The position numbers and the translations under genes were made by a program. The notes beneath the pieces were generated by a model that made no database searches, was not told where the DNA came from, and was given only the letters and a program-made list of their open reading frames with translations. From the NCBI GenBank assembly GCA_905188195.1, contig CAJJKY010000008.1, forward strand, positions 1,056 through 65,055: DNA of 64,000 nt, written 5' to 3'. Of the stretch, positions 51,998 through 63,594 are shown piece after piece; the stretch's first letter is position 1, and every line of letters begins with the position of its first letter. Source of the DNA: Streptococcus parasanguinis. Its GTDB lineage: Bacteria; Bacillota; Bacilli; Lactobacillales; Streptococcaceae.

Positions 51998-53284
51998 ATG
52001 TCTGTTAAGATTGCCTTACTAGGATTTGGTACTGTTGCTAGTGGCGTACCATTTTTATTAAAAGAAAACCATGAAAAAATCACCCAGGCAGCTCAAGATG
52101 AAATCGAGATCGCCAAGGTCTTAGTTCGAGATGATGCGGAAAAGGAAAAATTGCAAGCTGCTGGTCATGACTACAACTTTGTGACCAATGTTGATGAGAT
52201 CATTGAAGACAAGGACATTGCCATCGTGGTCGAATTGATGGGTCGTATCGAGCCAGCGAAAACCTTTATCACCCGTGCGCTGGAAGCAGGCAAACATGTG
52301 GTTTCTGCTAACAAAGACCTTCTTGCCGTTCATGGAAGCGAGTTGCTAGAGATTGCTCAAAAACACCAAGTGGCCCTTTATTATGAAGCTGCCGTAGCTG
52401 GTGGGATCCCAATCCTTCGGACCTTGGTGAATTCCCTTGCTTCTGACAAGGTGACCAAAGTGCTCGGTGTGGTCAATGGAACCTCTAACTTCATGATGAC
52501 TAAAATGGTCGAAGAAGGCTGGACTTATGAGGATGCTTTAGCAGAAGCGCAACGTCTTGGTTACGCTGAAAGTGATCCAACCAACGACGTTGAAGGAATT
52601 GATGCTGCTTACAAGATGGTGATCTTGAGCCAGTTCGCTTTTGGAATGAATATCCAATTTGACCAAGTAGGTCACAAAGGAATCAGCCAAATCACTCCTC
52701 AAGATGTCTCAGTTGCTCAAAGCCTTGGCTATGTCATCAAGCTTGTCGGATCTATCGTTGAAACAGAGTCAGGGATCGCAGCAGAAGTGACACCAACCTT
52801 CCTTCCAAAACAACATCCACTCGCAGGAGTGAACGACGTTATGAATGCGGTCTATGTGGAATCCATCGGTATTGGGGAGTCTATGTACTACGGACCAGGT
52901 GCTGGTCAAAAACCAACTGCGACCAGTGTCGTAGCCGACATCGTTCGCATTGTCCGTCGACTAAAAGAAGGAACAATCGGTAAAGCCTTCAATGAATACA
53001 GCCGCCCTCTTCAATTGGCTAAACCAGAAGACGTGAAGAACAATTATTACTTCTCAATCAAGGCACCAGATGCGACTGGTCAAATCTTGCGTCTTGCGGA
53101 GATCTTTAATGCAGAAGGAGCTTCCTTCAAGCAAATCCTCCAAGAAGACTCAGATGGTCACTATGCAAGTGTTGTCATCATTACCCACCAAGTTAACCAG
53201 ACCCAATTCAAGAACTTGGTTGAAAAATTGGATTCAGAGGCGAATTTCGAACTCTTGAATACCTTTAAAGTCTTGGGAGAATAA
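51998..53284 (+). CDS. hom: homoserine dehydrogenase
   Basis: [27 protein letters not shown]. Confidence 0.95.
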   Translation: MSVKIALLGFGTVASGVPFLLKENHEKITQAAQDEIEIAKVLVRDDAEKEKLQAAGHDYNFVTNVDEIIEDKDIAIVVELMGRIEPAKTFITRALEAGKHVVSANKDLLAVHGSELLEIAQKHQVALYYEAAVAGGIPILRTLVNSLASDKVTKVLGVVNGTSNFMMTKMVEEGWTYEDALAEAQRLGYAESDPTNDVEGIDAAYKMVILSQFAFGMNIQFDQVGHKGISQITPQDVSVAQSLGYVIKLVGSIVETESGIAAEVTPTFLPKQHPLAGVNDVMNAVYVESIGIGESMYYGPGAGQKPTATSVVADIVRIVRRLKEGTIGKAFNEYSRPLQLAKPEDVKNNYYFSIKAPDATGQILRLAEIFNAEGASFKQILQEDSDGHYASVVIITHQVNQTQFKNLVEKLDSEANFELLNTFKVLGE

Positions 53285-53286
53285 GC

Positions 53287-54165
53287 ATGAAAATTATTGT
53301 TCCAGCAACCAGTGCCAATGTAGGGCCAGGATTTGATTCTGTTGGGATTGCCGTGACTCGCTATTTGACCATTGAAGTCCTTGAACCAGCAGATGCTTGG
53401 TTTATTGAGCATGATCTTGGAGCAGGGATTCCGACAGACGAGAAAAACCTCTTGCTCTCAACAGCCCTTTCTATCTCAACTGATATGCAACCCCATCGGA
53501 TCAAGATGACCAGTCAAGTGCCCTTGGCGCGTGGTCTTGGATCTTCTAGCTCGGTCATTGTAGCAGGGATTGAATTGGCTAACCAATTAGCCAACCTCCA
53601 ACTATCAGATGCTGAGAAATTGCGCATCGCGACCGAGATAGAAGGTCATCCAGATAATGTAGCTCCAGCTATCTTTGGGAATATGGTCATTGCGAGCTAC
53701 ATCGGTGAAGATGTTCAATATGTCACATCTGACTTCCCAAGCTGTGACCTTGTGGCCTTTGTACCGAGCTACCAATTGAAGACCACTGATAGTCGGAATG
53801 TCCTACCGAAAGGATGGTCTTATAAGGAAGCTGTTGCAGCCAGTAGCGTAGCCAATGTTGCTATTGCAGCTCTCCTCAAGGGAGATTTGCTGACGGCTGG
53901 TCGCTCCATCGAGTCAGATCATTTCCACGAACGCTACCGTCAATCTCTTGTCAAAGAGTTCCCTCAGGTCAAAGAAGTAGCACATGCTCATGGGGCCTAC
54001 GCTACCTATCTGTCAGGAGCAGGCCCAACAATCATGAACCTCTTAGCGCCAGAGCATACAGCAGCCTTTGTCGCAGCTCTTGAAAAACTCGGACTAGAAG
54101 GTCAGATTTTCCAACTTAAAATCGACACATTTGGCGTTCGTGTTGAGAAACAAACCTCAATGTAA
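53287..54165 (+). CDS. thrB: homoserine kinase
   Basis: [28 protein letters not shown]. Confidence 0.95.
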   Translation: MKIIVPATSANVGPGFDSVGIAVTRYLTIEVLEPADAWFIEHDLGAGIPTDEKNLLLSTALSISTDMQPHRIKMTSQVPLARGLGSSSSVIVAGIELANQLANLQLSDAEKLRIATEIEGHPDNVAPAIFGNMVIASYIGEDVQYVTSDFPSCDLVAFVPSYQLKTTDSRNVLPKGWSYKEAVAASSVANVAIAALLKGDLLTAGRSIESDHFHERYRQSLVKEFPQVKEVAHAHGAYATYLSGAGPTIMNLLAPEHTAAFVAALEKLGLEGQIFQLKIDTFGVRVEKQTSM

Positions 54166-54278
54166 CACAAATGAAAGAAGGATGTATACGAATGTATATG
54201 TCCTTTTTGCTTCTTCTATGGTAGAATGGGAATTGTATGGGGAAAAGCTCAAGCTTTCCCGAAAATCTAGGGGGAAAC

Positions 54279-55217
54279 ATGAAACCAGAATATTTATATA
54301 GTATTGCTACCGATCTTGGGCTGCAATTTGATGGCGAAGCCCGTGTGATGTATGGAGAGCGGGAAGGCTTCTTGTTAGTCATTGAAGGCGCTCAAACCAA
54401 GAATGTATTTACCATTTCACTCAGTGTGAAACAAGGTTCCGAAGGAGACTTGATCGAGGATAGTGAAATTCTTTGGAATGAATTAAAAGAACAATCAAAA
54501 GCCATTAATGCCATCTCTTCTGATGGTTACTTGACCTCGATCGTTGTCAAAGGCGGAATGACCAAAGGCAAGGCTGTCGAAACCTTATGGACAGCCATCC
54601 AAGATATTGTTGATTTCTTGCTCAACCACCAATTTGTGCAAGTGAATGCGCAAACGGGTGAGGAAGGACCAATTGGTCTGTATCAAATTGGAGATGCGAT
54701 CTTCTTAATCGACGATGCAACCTTTAGAGCTTACCAAGCCGAAGTGCAAGATACAGTTGAGGCTTATGAAGCGCGGGAAGAAAACTTCCTCTTAGGGATT
54801 GTAGGGGCTGTGATCGGTGTGATCATCGGTGGAGCAGTTGCCCTCTTGGTAGCGCGTCTTGGCTATGTGTCTGTTTTGGCAGGTGCAGCCCTCGGTTATT
54901 GTACCATCAAAGGTTATGAGATTCTTGGTAAGAAATTGACTAAAAAAGGTGTGGTAGTTTCAGCTATTTTGATGGTCTTGACCGTCTTTTTGGTCAACCA
55001 ATTAGATTATACGTTGGCGCTTATGAGTGAACTGGATTTGCCATTTGATATGTCCTGGACGCTTCTCAATGAAGCGACATTCTCAGGGGATGTCCCTGAT
55101 AAATTTTACTTGAATCTAGCACTCTTAGCTGTCTTTACTCTTGGTGGTGCTTGGATTTCGGTCAAATCAGCTCTGGATGGACAAAAGAATCGTGCCATTG
55201 CTCGTAAAATTGCATAA
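54279..55217 (+). CDS. hypothetical membrane protein
   Basis: Soluble N-terminus with C-terminal TM helices. Confidence 0.7.
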   Translation: MKPEYLYSIATDLGLQFDGEARVMYGEREGFLLVIEGAQTKNVFTISLSVKQGSEGDLIEDSEILWNELKEQSKAINAISSDGYLTSIVVKGGMTKGKAVETLWTAIQDIVDFLLNHQFVQVNAQTGEEGPIGLYQIGDAIFLIDDATFRAYQAEVQDTVEAYEAREENFLLGIVGAVIGVIIGGAVALLVARLGYVSVLAGAALGYCTIKGYEILGKKLTKKGVVVSAILMVLTVFLVNQLDYTLALMSELDLPFDMSWTLLNEATFSGDVPDKFYLNLALLAVFTLGGAWISVKSALDGQKNRAIARKIA

Positions 55218-55335
55218 TGAATGATAAAAGGAAGGCCTGAATATTATAGGTCTTCTTTTGTTTTTTAGGGTCGAAAAATAGTCAAAAATTTGGTATAATA
55301 GTTTGTATTTTTATAGAGAGAGAACAGACAGAAAG

Positions 55336-56232
55336 ATGAATGAAAAAATGAATCAAATTCTTGAAGGGATTGATATCCGTTTTCAAGAACCTTTAAAACA
55401 TTATACCTTCACAAAGGTAGGTGGGAATGCTGAATTTTTAGCCTTTCCTCGCAACCAATACGAATTAAAACGCATCGTTCAATTTGCCAACCAAGAACAA
55501 ATCCCATGGATGGTCCTGGGCAATGCGTCCAATATTATTGTCCGAGATGGGGGCATTCCTGGTTTTGTTATTATGTTTGATCGCTTGCGAGATATCAGTG
55601 TGGATGGTTATGTGGTCGAAGCAGAAGCAGGGGCTAAACTCATCGACACCACCCATGTGGCCTTGCACCATAGTTTGAAAGGTTTCGAGTTTGCTAGTGG
55701 CATTCCAGGCAGTGTTGGTGGTGCTGTCTTTATGAATGCGGGAGCCTACGGAGGAGAGATTGCTCATGTCCTTGTATCCTGTAAGGTCTTGACCAAAGAC
55801 GGGGAAATCGAAACTCTGTCAGCGAGTGAACTAACTTTCGGTTACCGTCATTCTAAGATTCAAGAGACAGGTGCTGTCGTCATCTCTGCCAAATTTGCTT
55901 TGTCTCCAGGAAATCACGAGCAAATCAAACAGGAGATGGAGCGTTTGACCCATCTTCGTCAGTTGAAACAACCCCTTGAATACCCTTCTTGTGGATCTGT
56001 CTTTAAGCGTCCTGTCGGTCATTTTGCAGGTCAATTGATCAGCGAAGCAGGTCTGAAAGGCTATCGAATTGGTGGTGTGGAAGTTTCTGAAAAACATGCT
56101 GGCTTTATGGTCAATGTCGATAATGGAACAGCTAAGGACTACGAAGACCTGATCGCCCATGTCATTGAGGCAGTAGAAGCTCACTCAGGCGTCCGTTTAG
56201 AAGCAGAAGTTCGCATTATCGGCCAAGCCTAA
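55336..56232 (+). CDS. murB: UDP-N-acetylenolpyruvoylglucosamine reductase
   Basis: [28 protein letters not shown]. Confidence 0.95.
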   Translation: MNEKMNQILEGIDIRFQEPLKHYTFTKVGGNAEFLAFPRNQYELKRIVQFANQEQIPWMVLGNASNIIVRDGGIPGFVIMFDRLRDISVDGYVVEAEAGAKLIDTTHVALHHSLKGFEFASGIPGSVGGAVFMNAGAYGGEIAHVLVSCKVLTKDGEIETLSASELTFGYRHSKIQETGAVVISAKFALSPGNHEQIKQEMERLTHLRQLKQPLEYPSCGSVFKRPVGHFAGQLISEAGLKGYRIGGVEVSEKHAGFMVNVDNGTAKDYEDLIAHVIEAVEAHSGVRLEAEVRIIGQA

Positions 56233-56439
56233 GAACTTTAGTATTGAAGAACAATTGATTGTGAACCATCGATAGCATCAGTCGGAGAGGGGGTGAGTGC
56301 CTATCGATACCGTAAATAGGTGGGGCAGTCTAGTAAGTCCCCGAGAGGTATTGGTGGTCTGACAGGTCTTCCTGTCAGCCGCTGCATTTTCGTTTGAAAA
56401 GCAGTTTGCTAATCGCAGTAAAGAAGGAATTTATGTGAA

Positions 56440-57597
56440 TTGAAAAAACCAATTATTGAGTTTAAAAATGTTTCAAAGGTCTTTGAAGATAGCGGTACCG
56501 TTGTCCTAAAGGATATCAATTTTGAATTGGAAGAAGGGAAGTTCTATACCCTGCTTGGTGCGTCTGGATCTGGAAAATCGACCATCCTTAATATCATTGC
56601 CGGTCTTTTGGATGCGACGACTGGAGATGTCTACCTTGATGGGGAACGGATCAATGATGTCCCTACCAACAAACGGGATGTCCACACCGTCTTTCAGTCC
56701 TATGCCCTGTTTCCACATATGACGGTCTTTGAAAATGTGGCTTTTCCCCTTCGTTTGAAAAAGGTGGATAAGGCTGAGATCGAACGTCGGGTTTCAGAAG
56801 TCTTGAAAATGGTCCAGTTAGCGGGATTTGAAAAACGTTCGATCCAAAAATTATCCGGTGGTCAACGCCAGCGGGTAGCGATTGCACGGGCTATTATCAA
56901 TGAACCACGAGTGGTCCTTTTAGATGAGCCCTTGTCTGCCCTTGACTTGAAGCTGCGGACAGACATGCAGTATGAGTTGCGGGAATTGCAACAACGTTTG
57001 GGGATTACCTTTGTCTTTGTTACCCATGACCAAGAAGAAGCCCTTGCCATGAGTGACTGGATCTTTGTCATGAATGAAGGGGAAATCGTCCAATCTGGTA
57101 CTCCTGTGGATATCTATGATGAACCGATCAACCACTTTGTAGCCACCTTTATCGGGGAGTCCAACATTCTGGATGGTCGCATGATCGAGGACTACTTGGT
57201 TGAGTTCAATGGCAAACGCTTTGAAGCTGTCGATGGGGGAATGCGTCCAAATGAACCAGTTGAAGTTGTCATTCGTCCTGAAGACTTGCAAATCACTCTT
57301 CCTGAAGAAGGCAAGCTCCAAGTGAAGGTGGACACCCAGCTCTTCCGTGGTGTGCATTACGAGATCATCGCCTATGATGATTTGGGAAATGAGTGGATGA
57401 TTCACTCCACTCGTAAGGCCATCGTGGGAGAAGTCATCGGGCTAGACTTTGAACCAGAAGATATCCACGTTATGCGTCTCAATGAAACCGAAGAAGAATT
57501 CGATGCTCGGATCGAAGAGTACGTTGAAGTGGAAGAGCAAGAAGCTGGTTTGATTAATGCCATTGAGGAGGAAAGAGATGAAGAAAACAACCTCTAA
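56440..57597 (+). CDS. potA: spermidine/putrescine ABC ATPase (TTG start)
   Basis: Walker motifs, [10 protein letters not shown]; operon context. Confidence 0.93.
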   Translation: MKKPIIEFKNVSKVFEDSGTVVLKDINFELEEGKFYTLLGASGSGKSTILNIIAGLLDATTGDVYLDGERINDVPTNKRDVHTVFQSYALFPHMTVFENVAFPLRLKKVDKAEIERRVSEVLKMVQLAGFEKRSIQKLSGGQRQRVAIARAIINEPRVVLLDEPLSALDLKLRTDMQYELRELQQRLGITFVFVTHDQEEALAMSDWIFVMNEGEIVQSGTPVDIYDEPINHFVATFIGESNILDGRMIEDYLVEFNGKRFEAVDGGMRPNEPVEVVIRPEDLQITLPEEGKLQVKVDTQLFRGVHYEIIAYDDLGNEWMIHSTRKAIVGEVIGLDFEPEDIHVMRLNETEEEFDARIEEYVEVEEQEAGLINAIEEERDEENNL

Positions 57598-58384
57598 TCT
57601 ATTTATCCTCCCCTATTTCTTGTGGATTTTTCTCTTTGTCTTGGCTCCTGTAGTCATGATCATCTTTCAATCCTTTTTTAACGTTGAAGGGCAGTTTTCA
57701 CTTGAAAACTACAAAGAGTTCTTTACTTCGCAAAATCTGACCTATTTAAAGATGAGCTTTAATTCGGTCCTTTATGCCGGAATCGTCACCCTGGTGACGC
57801 TCTTGATCTCCTACCCGACTGCTTACTTTTTGACGCTGCTCAAACACCGGCAGTTGTGGTTGATGTTGATCGTCTTGCCAACCTGGGTCAATCTCTTGCT
57901 CAAGGCCTATGCCTTTATCGGAATCTTTGGTCAAAACGGCTCCATCAATAGCTTTTTAAGCTTTCTCGGAGTCGCTCCCCAGCAGATCCTCTTTACCGAT
58001 TTCTCCTTTATCTTTGTAGCTAGCTACATCGAGTTGCCTTTTATGATCTTGCCGATCTTTAATGTCTTAGATGACTTAGATCCAAACTTGATTAATGCCA
58101 GCTATGATTTGGGAGCCAATCGTTGGGATACCTTCCGTCTTGTGGTCTTCCCCTTGTCCATGAATGGAGTCCGCTCAGGTGTACAATCTGTCTTTATTCC
58201 TAGTCTGAGCCTCTTCATGTTGACACGGATGATCGGTGGAAATCGCGTCATTACCTTAGGGACTGCGATTGAACAGCACTTCCTGACAACACAAAACTGG
58301 GGAATGGGTTCTACCATCGGAGTTGTTCTGATCCTTGCCATGCTCTTTACCATGTGGGCAACAAGAGAAAGGAGAGAACGATGA
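57578..58384 (+). CDS. potB: polyamine ABC permease
   Basis: Permease with NASYDLGA loop. Confidence 0.9.
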   Translation: MKKTTSNLFILPYFLWIFLFVLAPVVMIIFQSFFNVEGQFSLENYKEFFTSQNLTYLKMSFNSVLYAGIVTLVTLLISYPTAYFLTLLKHRQLWLMLIVLPTWVNLLLKAYAFIGIFGQNGSINSFLSFLGVAPQQILFTDFSFIFVASYIELPFMILPIFNVLDDLDPNLINASYDLGANRWDTFRLVVFPLSMNGVRSGVQSVFIPSLSLFMLTRMIGGNRVITLGTAIEQHFLTTQNWGMGSTIGVVLILAMLFTMWATRERRER

Positions 58385-59154
58385 AAAAAGTATCTCATTT
58401 CTATCTAGGTTTCGTCTTTCTGATCCTCTATCTTCCCATCTTCTATTTGATCTTTTATGCCTTCAATAAAGGGGGAGATATGAATGCCTTCACGGGCTTC
58501 ACGCTTGAGCATTTCAATGAATTGTTCGCAGATAGTCGCCTCATGCTGATCTTATCAGAGACCTTCCTCTTGGCCTTCTTGTCAGCCTTGATTGCGACAG
58601 TGATTGGAACCTTTGGAGCCATTTATATTTACCAATCCAAGAAAAAGTTAGAAGGACCTTTGCTCTCCATTAACAACATTCTCATGGTAGCGCCAGACGT
58701 TATGATCGGGGCCAGCTTCTTGATTCTCTTTACGACGGTCAAGTACCAGCTAGGTTTCCTATCTGTTCTGGCTAGCCACGTAGCCTTCTCGATTCCCATT
58801 GTGGTCTTGATGGTCTTGCCACGTCTCAAGGAAATGAACCGAGATATGGTCAATGCTGCCTATGACCTGGGAGCTACTCAAGTGCAAATGCTCAAAGAGA
58901 TCATGTTGCCCTATCTGACACCAGCCATTATTGCGGGATACTTTATGGCCTTTACCTATTCTCTTGATGACTTTGCCGTAACCTTCTTTGTAACCGGAAA
59001 TGGTTTTACAACCTTGTCTGTAGAGATCTACTCACGTGCGCGTCAAGGGATTTCCCTCAGTATCAATGCCTTGTCCGCCCTTGTCTTTCTCTTTAGCGTG
59101 CTCTTGGTCATCGGTTATTACATTATCACCCGTGAAAAGGAGGAAGCAGCATGA
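58381..59154 (+). CDS. potC: polyamine ABC permease
   Basis: AAYDLGA, FTYSLDDF. Confidence 0.9.
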   Translation: MKKVSHFYLGFVFLILYLPIFYLIFYAFNKGGDMNAFTGFTLEHFNELFADSRLMLILSETFLLAFLSALIATVIGTFGAIYIYQSKKKLEGPLLSINNILMVAPDVMIGASFLILFTTVKYQLGFLSVLASHVAFSIPIVVLMVLPRLKEMNRDMVNAAYDLGATQVQMLKEIMLPYLTPAIIAGYFMAFTYSLDDFAVTFFVTGNGFTTLSVEIYSRARQGISLSINALSALVFLFSVLLVIGYYIITREKEEAA

Positions 59155-60221
59155 AAAAACTTTATTCATTCCTAACTGGGATTGTCCTTGTCATTCTGGT
59201 CCTCTGGGGAATTAGCCACCAGATCGAAGCAAACATGAATACCAAGAATAGTGACAAGTTGGTCATCTACAACTGGGGAGATTATATCGATCCAGAATTG
59301 CTCAAGGAATTTACCAAAGAGACAGGGATTCAGGTGCAATATGATACCTTTGATTCCAACGAAGCCATGTACACCAAGATCAAGCAAGGGGGAACCACCT
59401 ACGATATTGCGATTCCTAGTGAATACATGATTGCCAAGATGATGGATGAACATCTGGTAGAAAAGTTGGACCAATCCAAGATCAAAGGGATGGAAAATAT
59501 CGATCCAAAACTCTTGAACCAATCGTTTGATCCGGGCAACCAATATTCTGTACCTTATTTCTGGGGGACCTTGGGGATCGTCTACAATACCAAGATGGTC
59601 AAAAATGCTCCGGAACATTGGTCGGATCTCTGGCGTGAAGAGTACAGAAATGACATCATGATGTACGATGGTGCGCGTGAGGTCATGGGAATTGGTCTCA
59701 ATACCTTGGGCTATAGCCTCAATGAAAAGGATCCAAAGAAATTGCAAGAGGCAGTAGATAAACTCTACACCTTGACGCCAAATATTAAAGCTTTGGTGGC
59801 TGATGAGATGAAAGGCTATATGATCCAAAACAATGCGGCTATTGGGGTTACCTTCTCAGGAGAAGCCAGCCAAATGCTCGAAGCCAATAAGGATCTTCGC
59901 TATGTCGTCCCAACTGAAGCCAGCAACCTTTGGTTTGATAACATTGTCATTCCAAAAACCGTGAAAAATAAAGAAGCAGCATATGCCTTTATTAACTTCA
60001 TGCTTCGTCCTAAAAATGCTTTGAAAAATGCTCTTTATGTCGGCTACTCTACGCCAAATAAAAAAGCCAAAGCCATGTTGCCAAAAGAAATCCAAGATGA
60101 CCAATCCTTCTATCCAAGCGATGAAACACTGGACCATTTGGAAGTCTATCAACAATTAGGCAAGAAATTGCTTGGAGTTTATAACGATCTTTACCTTCAG
60201 GTCAAGATGTATCGTAAATAA
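59151..60221 (+). CDS. potD: polyamine-binding protein
   Basis: YNWGDYID, FDSNEAMY, PYFWGT. Confidence 0.92.
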   Translation: MKKLYSFLTGIVLVILVLWGISHQIEANMNTKNSDKLVIYNWGDYIDPELLKEFTKETGIQVQYDTFDSNEAMYTKIKQGGTTYDIAIPSEYMIAKMMDEHLVEKLDQSKIKGMENIDPKLLNQSFDPGNQYSVPYFWGTLGIVYNTKMVKNAPEHWSDLWREEYRNDIMMYDGAREVMGIGLNTLGYSLNEKDPKKLQEAVDKLYTLTPNIKALVADEMKGYMIQNNAAIGVTFSGEASQMLEANKDLRYVVPTEASNLWFDNIVIPKTVKNKEAAYAFINFMLRPKNALKNALYVGYSTPNKKAKAMLPKEIQDDQSFYPSDETLDHLEVYQQLGKKLLGVYNDLYLQVKMYRK

Positions 60222-60224
60222 CAC

Positions 60225-60249
60225 AAAAGGAACCTTCGGGTTCCTTTTT
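60225..60249 (+). terminator. terminator after potD
   Basis: AAAAGGAACC-TTCG-GGTTCCTTTT. Confidence 0.85.
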
Positions 60250-60368
60250 GATTGCTTTTGAAAAGCTCTAACTAGTGAGTTAGATTGAGATTCAAATGAA
60301 AGATGCTATAATAGTAAGGAAAGTGACTGGCCCATTCAGTCATGAATGGAACGATTGGAGAAGAAGAG

Positions 60369-60812
60369 ATGAAGAGACGACTGGAACTATTTTTGATCAT
60401 TCTGTTACCGATCTTAGGACTGGTTTTTCTTGGAGGAAAAATCATGCACCTAACCAAAAGGCCCGAACAGAAGGTAACGGCCTCATCCTCAAAGAAAGTT
60501 GTACAAAAAACAGAAGAAGAGATAAAAAAAGAACAACTGGACTACCTAAAAGAACACGAACAGAAGGTTATTGATTTAGTCAAAGCACAAAATTCAAAAG
60601 TAGAATCCGTTCAGATTGATTGGGATCAGACACAATGGAGTGATGGTGGACTGACAACTCCCGAATATTATATGAATGTTTATGGAGGTATAAATCATAT
60701 TGAAGAATCGGGTTGGGGAGTAAATATCCCAATTAATGAGGACAACACATTAAATATGGATGAGATGTATATAGGATCCGACATTAGAATAGGGGGGAGA
60801 TTATTTGACTAA
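60369..60812 (+). CDS. TM-anchored exported protein, paralogue of 61157-61597 (putative immunity)
   Basis: Shared domain LDYLKEHEQ...KVESVQIDWDQTQWSDGG. Confidence 0.7.
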   Translation: MKRRLELFLIILLPILGLVFLGGKIMHLTKRPEQKVTASSSKKVVQKTEEEIKKEQLDYLKEHEQKVIDLVKAQNSKVESVQIDWDQTQWSDGGLTTPEYYMNVYGGINHIEESGWGVNIPINEDNTLNMDEMYIGSDIRIGGRLFD

Positions 60813-61156
60813 GTGAAATATTAAAATGAGAGAAATAAAAAAACGTGCTATGTGTAAGGAATAGATCAATAGTCTAGATTGTCACTAACATCATAACTCT
60901 TTGATTTAAAACTTTGATGATTGAAGGTAAAGAATTCATTAACTTATGTTTTAAAAAGCTCTATGTAGTGTGATAGCTTGATCTTCAAATGATAAATGCT
61001 ATAAAAGGAATAACATTTATCTAGTTTCCAATCTTAGAATAGAAATTAGCAAATAAATAGTATGAGTTGATAAAATGACTATTACAATGATCTTGTTAAG
61101 AGAAATGACAGGTAGTAATTTTAAAGAAAAATCTGTACAGAATAATAGGAGGACTT

Positions 61157-61597
61157 ATGAAAAGTCAAAAAATCATGATAATAGTTGCTTCAATTGTAGC
61201 GCTCCTAAGTATAGGAGGGTGTACCGTGAAACATAAAGATAATACAAAACAAGGAAAAACGATTGCTACTTCATCTACGAAAGACCTAGAGGAAGATAAG
61301 GAAGCTATAAAGAAAAAACAACTGGACTATCTAAAAGAACACGAACAGGAGATTGTTGATTTAGTCAAAGCACAAAATTCAAAAGTTGAATCGGTTCAGA
61401 TTGATTGGGATCAGACGCAATGGAGTGATGGTGGACTTACAACTCCTGAATATTATGTGAATGTTTATGGACGTATAAATCATATTGAAGAATCGAGTTG
61501 GAGAGTAGATATCCCAATTAATGAGGACAATACATTGAATCTAGATGAGATGTATCTGGGATCCGACATTAGAATAGGAGGGAGATTATTTGAGTAA
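61157..61597 (+). CDS. lipoprotein paralogue (putative immunity)
   Basis: SD AGGAGG; lipobox IGGC; near-identical C-terminal domain. Confidence 0.75.
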   Translation: MKSQKIMIIVASIVALLSIGGCTVKHKDNTKQGKTIATSSTKDLEEDKEAIKKKQLDYLKEHEQEIVDLVKAQNSKVESVQIDWDQTQWSDGGLTTPEYYVNVYGRINHIEESSWRVDIPINEDNTLNLDEMYLGSDIRIGGRLFE

Positions 61598-61800
61598 TTG
61601 GCATTTGAGCAGTTTTGACAATCTATATGCTTCATTAGCAGAATCAGCTTATCATGATAGGCCCGCAAACTTTAATTGGATCAAATTCAGGAAGAGCGCT
61701 CAAAGCTCAAATGGGAGTATGACAATGAGATCGATGCTTTCTATAAACATCAGAAAAAATGGAATCAGAAGCTGAAAAAAATCAGTAAGGTTGTCCTTAC
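61590..61800 (+). pseudogene. deletion scar: 5' end of a possible lipase-like effector joined to the 3' end of a helical gene
   Basis: TTG-SNWHLSSFDNLYASLAESAYHDRPANF; then in another frame LDQIQEERSKLKWEYDNEIDAFY. Confidence 0.4.
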
Positions 61801-61807
61801 TGATTTT

Positions 61808-62242
61808 TTAGTTGGTTCCGGATGATGCTGTATCTGCGCCATTGTCTGTTGCGGTGGAACCTTGATCTTGCACGGCAGATGAACTGGTTTCTGTAGCGGA
61901 TGAGCTATCGGTTTCTTTTTGTGAACTTGTTTCTGTATTGCTTGAATCGGTTTGCGTATTGGTATTTGTATTGGAATCTGTAGCGCTGGAGTCAGATCCC
62001 TTATCGTGAACCACGACGACGCTGGTGCTACTAGATGGTTTATCTTCTGTTTTTTGATTGTCTTTATTAAGCAGGCTTATAATCGTAAAAGAAGTGACGA
62101 TAATCCCTAAAAGACTGGCAATCGTGGCGACAACTGTTTGAAATAGTGATAAGCCTTGTTTGACTTTTTCACCACGTGAGGGTCTAGAATCTGTAGTATC
62201 CTCTGGTTTTTGGTTTTTGCTGCTTCTTGAATATTGTGACAT
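61808..62242 (-). CDS. single-TM protein with S/T/D-rich tail
   Basis: MSQYSRS..., one TM, low-complexity C-terminus. Confidence 0.7.
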   Translation of the reverse strand: MSQYSRSSKNQKPEDTTDSRPSRGEKVKQGLSLFQTVVATIASLLGIIVTSFTIISLLNKDNQKTEDKPSSSTSVVVVHDKGSDSSATDSNTNTNTQTDSSNTETSSQKETDSSSATETSSSAVQDQGSTATDNGADTASSGTN

Positions 62243-62433
62243 GTTCATTCTCTTTCTATCAAAAATTGTTTTTAACACTTTCCTATTATAAGTCATTTTC
62301 TGAAAAATGTCTAAAAAGAACTGAATTTTATGGAGTGATTTTACCTCATCTCTCTTTATCAAATCCTTGTCCCAAGCGGTTAGAAATGATAAAATAGAAG
62401 TTACGTAAAAAGAAAGTGATGGATGCGTAGGAC

Positions 62434-63576
62434 ATGATTTATTTTGACAATTCAGCAACGACCAAACCTTATCCAGAAGCCCTTTCGACCTATACAGAAG
62501 TGGCCACTCGGATTTGGGGGAACCCTTCTAGTTTGCACAATCTAGGTAGTCAAGCGACTCGTATTTTAGAAGCTTCTAGAAAACAGATTGCAGAGTTAAT
62601 TGGCAAGAAAGCTGAAGAAATTTACTTCACGTCTGGTGGGACAGAAGGGGACAACTGGGTCCTCAAGGGTGTCGCCTTTGAGAAAGCTCCTTATGGCAAG
62701 CATATCATTGTCTCTGACATCGAGCATCCCGCTATCAAGGAGTCCGCTGCTTGGTTAAAGACGCAGGGATTCGAAGTGGATTATGCTCCAGTGGATGCGC
62801 GTGGCTTTGTCAAAGTGGATGCCTTAGCTAGTCTTCTCCGTCCAGATACGACCTTGGTCTCTGTCATGGCCGTCAACAATGAGATTGGCTCCATCCAGCC
62901 CATCCATGAAATTGCGGCGCTCCTTGAGGATCGCCCAACGATTAGTTTCCATGTCGATGCGGTTCAAGCTTTAGCCAAGGTAGCAACAGAAGTTTATCTA
63001 CCAGAGCGCGTGGACTTTGCGACCTTCTCTAGTCACAAATTCCATGGTCTTCGTGGAGTTGGTTTTGTTTACATCAAAGAAGGCAAAAAGATCACCCCTC
63101 TCTTAACCGGAGGTGGTCAAGAAAAAGAAATGCGCTCGACAACTGAGAACGTGGCAGGTATCGCAGCAACTGCAAAAGCCCTACGCTTAGCTATGGAAAA
63201 CCAAGTAGCTTTTGCTAGCAAGACCCAGCAGATGAAAGAAGTGATCCGCAAAGAATTGGCCAACTATCCAGATGTCACTGTCTTTTCTGGTGAGGATCAC
63301 TTTGCCCCTCACATCTTGACTTTCGGGATCAAGGGAGTTCGTGGTGAAGTAGTGGTCCATGCCTTTGAAGAGTTTGATATTTACATCTCGACCACCAGTG
63401 CCTGCTCGTCCAAGGCTGGAAAACCAGCTGGTACCTTGATTGCCATGGGAGTGGACAAGAGTATTGCACAGACAGCTGTTCGCTTGAGTCTCGATACTGA
63501 AAATGACATGAGCCAAGTCGAGCAATTCTTGACCAAGTTCAAACTGATTTACGAACAAACACGAAAAGTACGTTAA
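62434..63576 (+). CDS. cysteine desulfurase (IscS/NifZ type)
   Basis: YFDNSATT, FTSGGTE, SSHKFHG, SACSS; adjacent to thiI. Confidence 0.92.
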   Translation: MIYFDNSATTKPYPEALSTYTEVATRIWGNPSSLHNLGSQATRILEASRKQIAELIGKKAEEIYFTSGGTEGDNWVLKGVAFEKAPYGKHIIVSDIEHPAIKESAAWLKTQGFEVDYAPVDARGFVKVDALASLLRPDTTLVSVMAVNNEIGSIQPIHEIAALLEDRPTISFHVDAVQALAKVATEVYLPERVDFATFSSHKFHGLRGVGFVYIKEGKKITPLLTGGGQEKEMRSTTENVAGIAATAKALRLAMENQVAFASKTQQMKEVIRKELANYPDVTVFSGEDHFAPHILTFGIKGVRGEVVVHAFEEFDIYISTTSACSSKAGKPAGTLIAMGVDKSIAQTAVRLSLDTENDMSQVEQFLTKFKLIYEQTRKVR

Positions 63577-63594
63577 TTTTAGAAGGAAATCAAT

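Noticed and set aside
59172..59828. Long antisense ORFs (here, 12924-13511, 32280-32864, 47398-47955)
   Set aside because: They lie opposite well-supported genes and have no recognisable motifs
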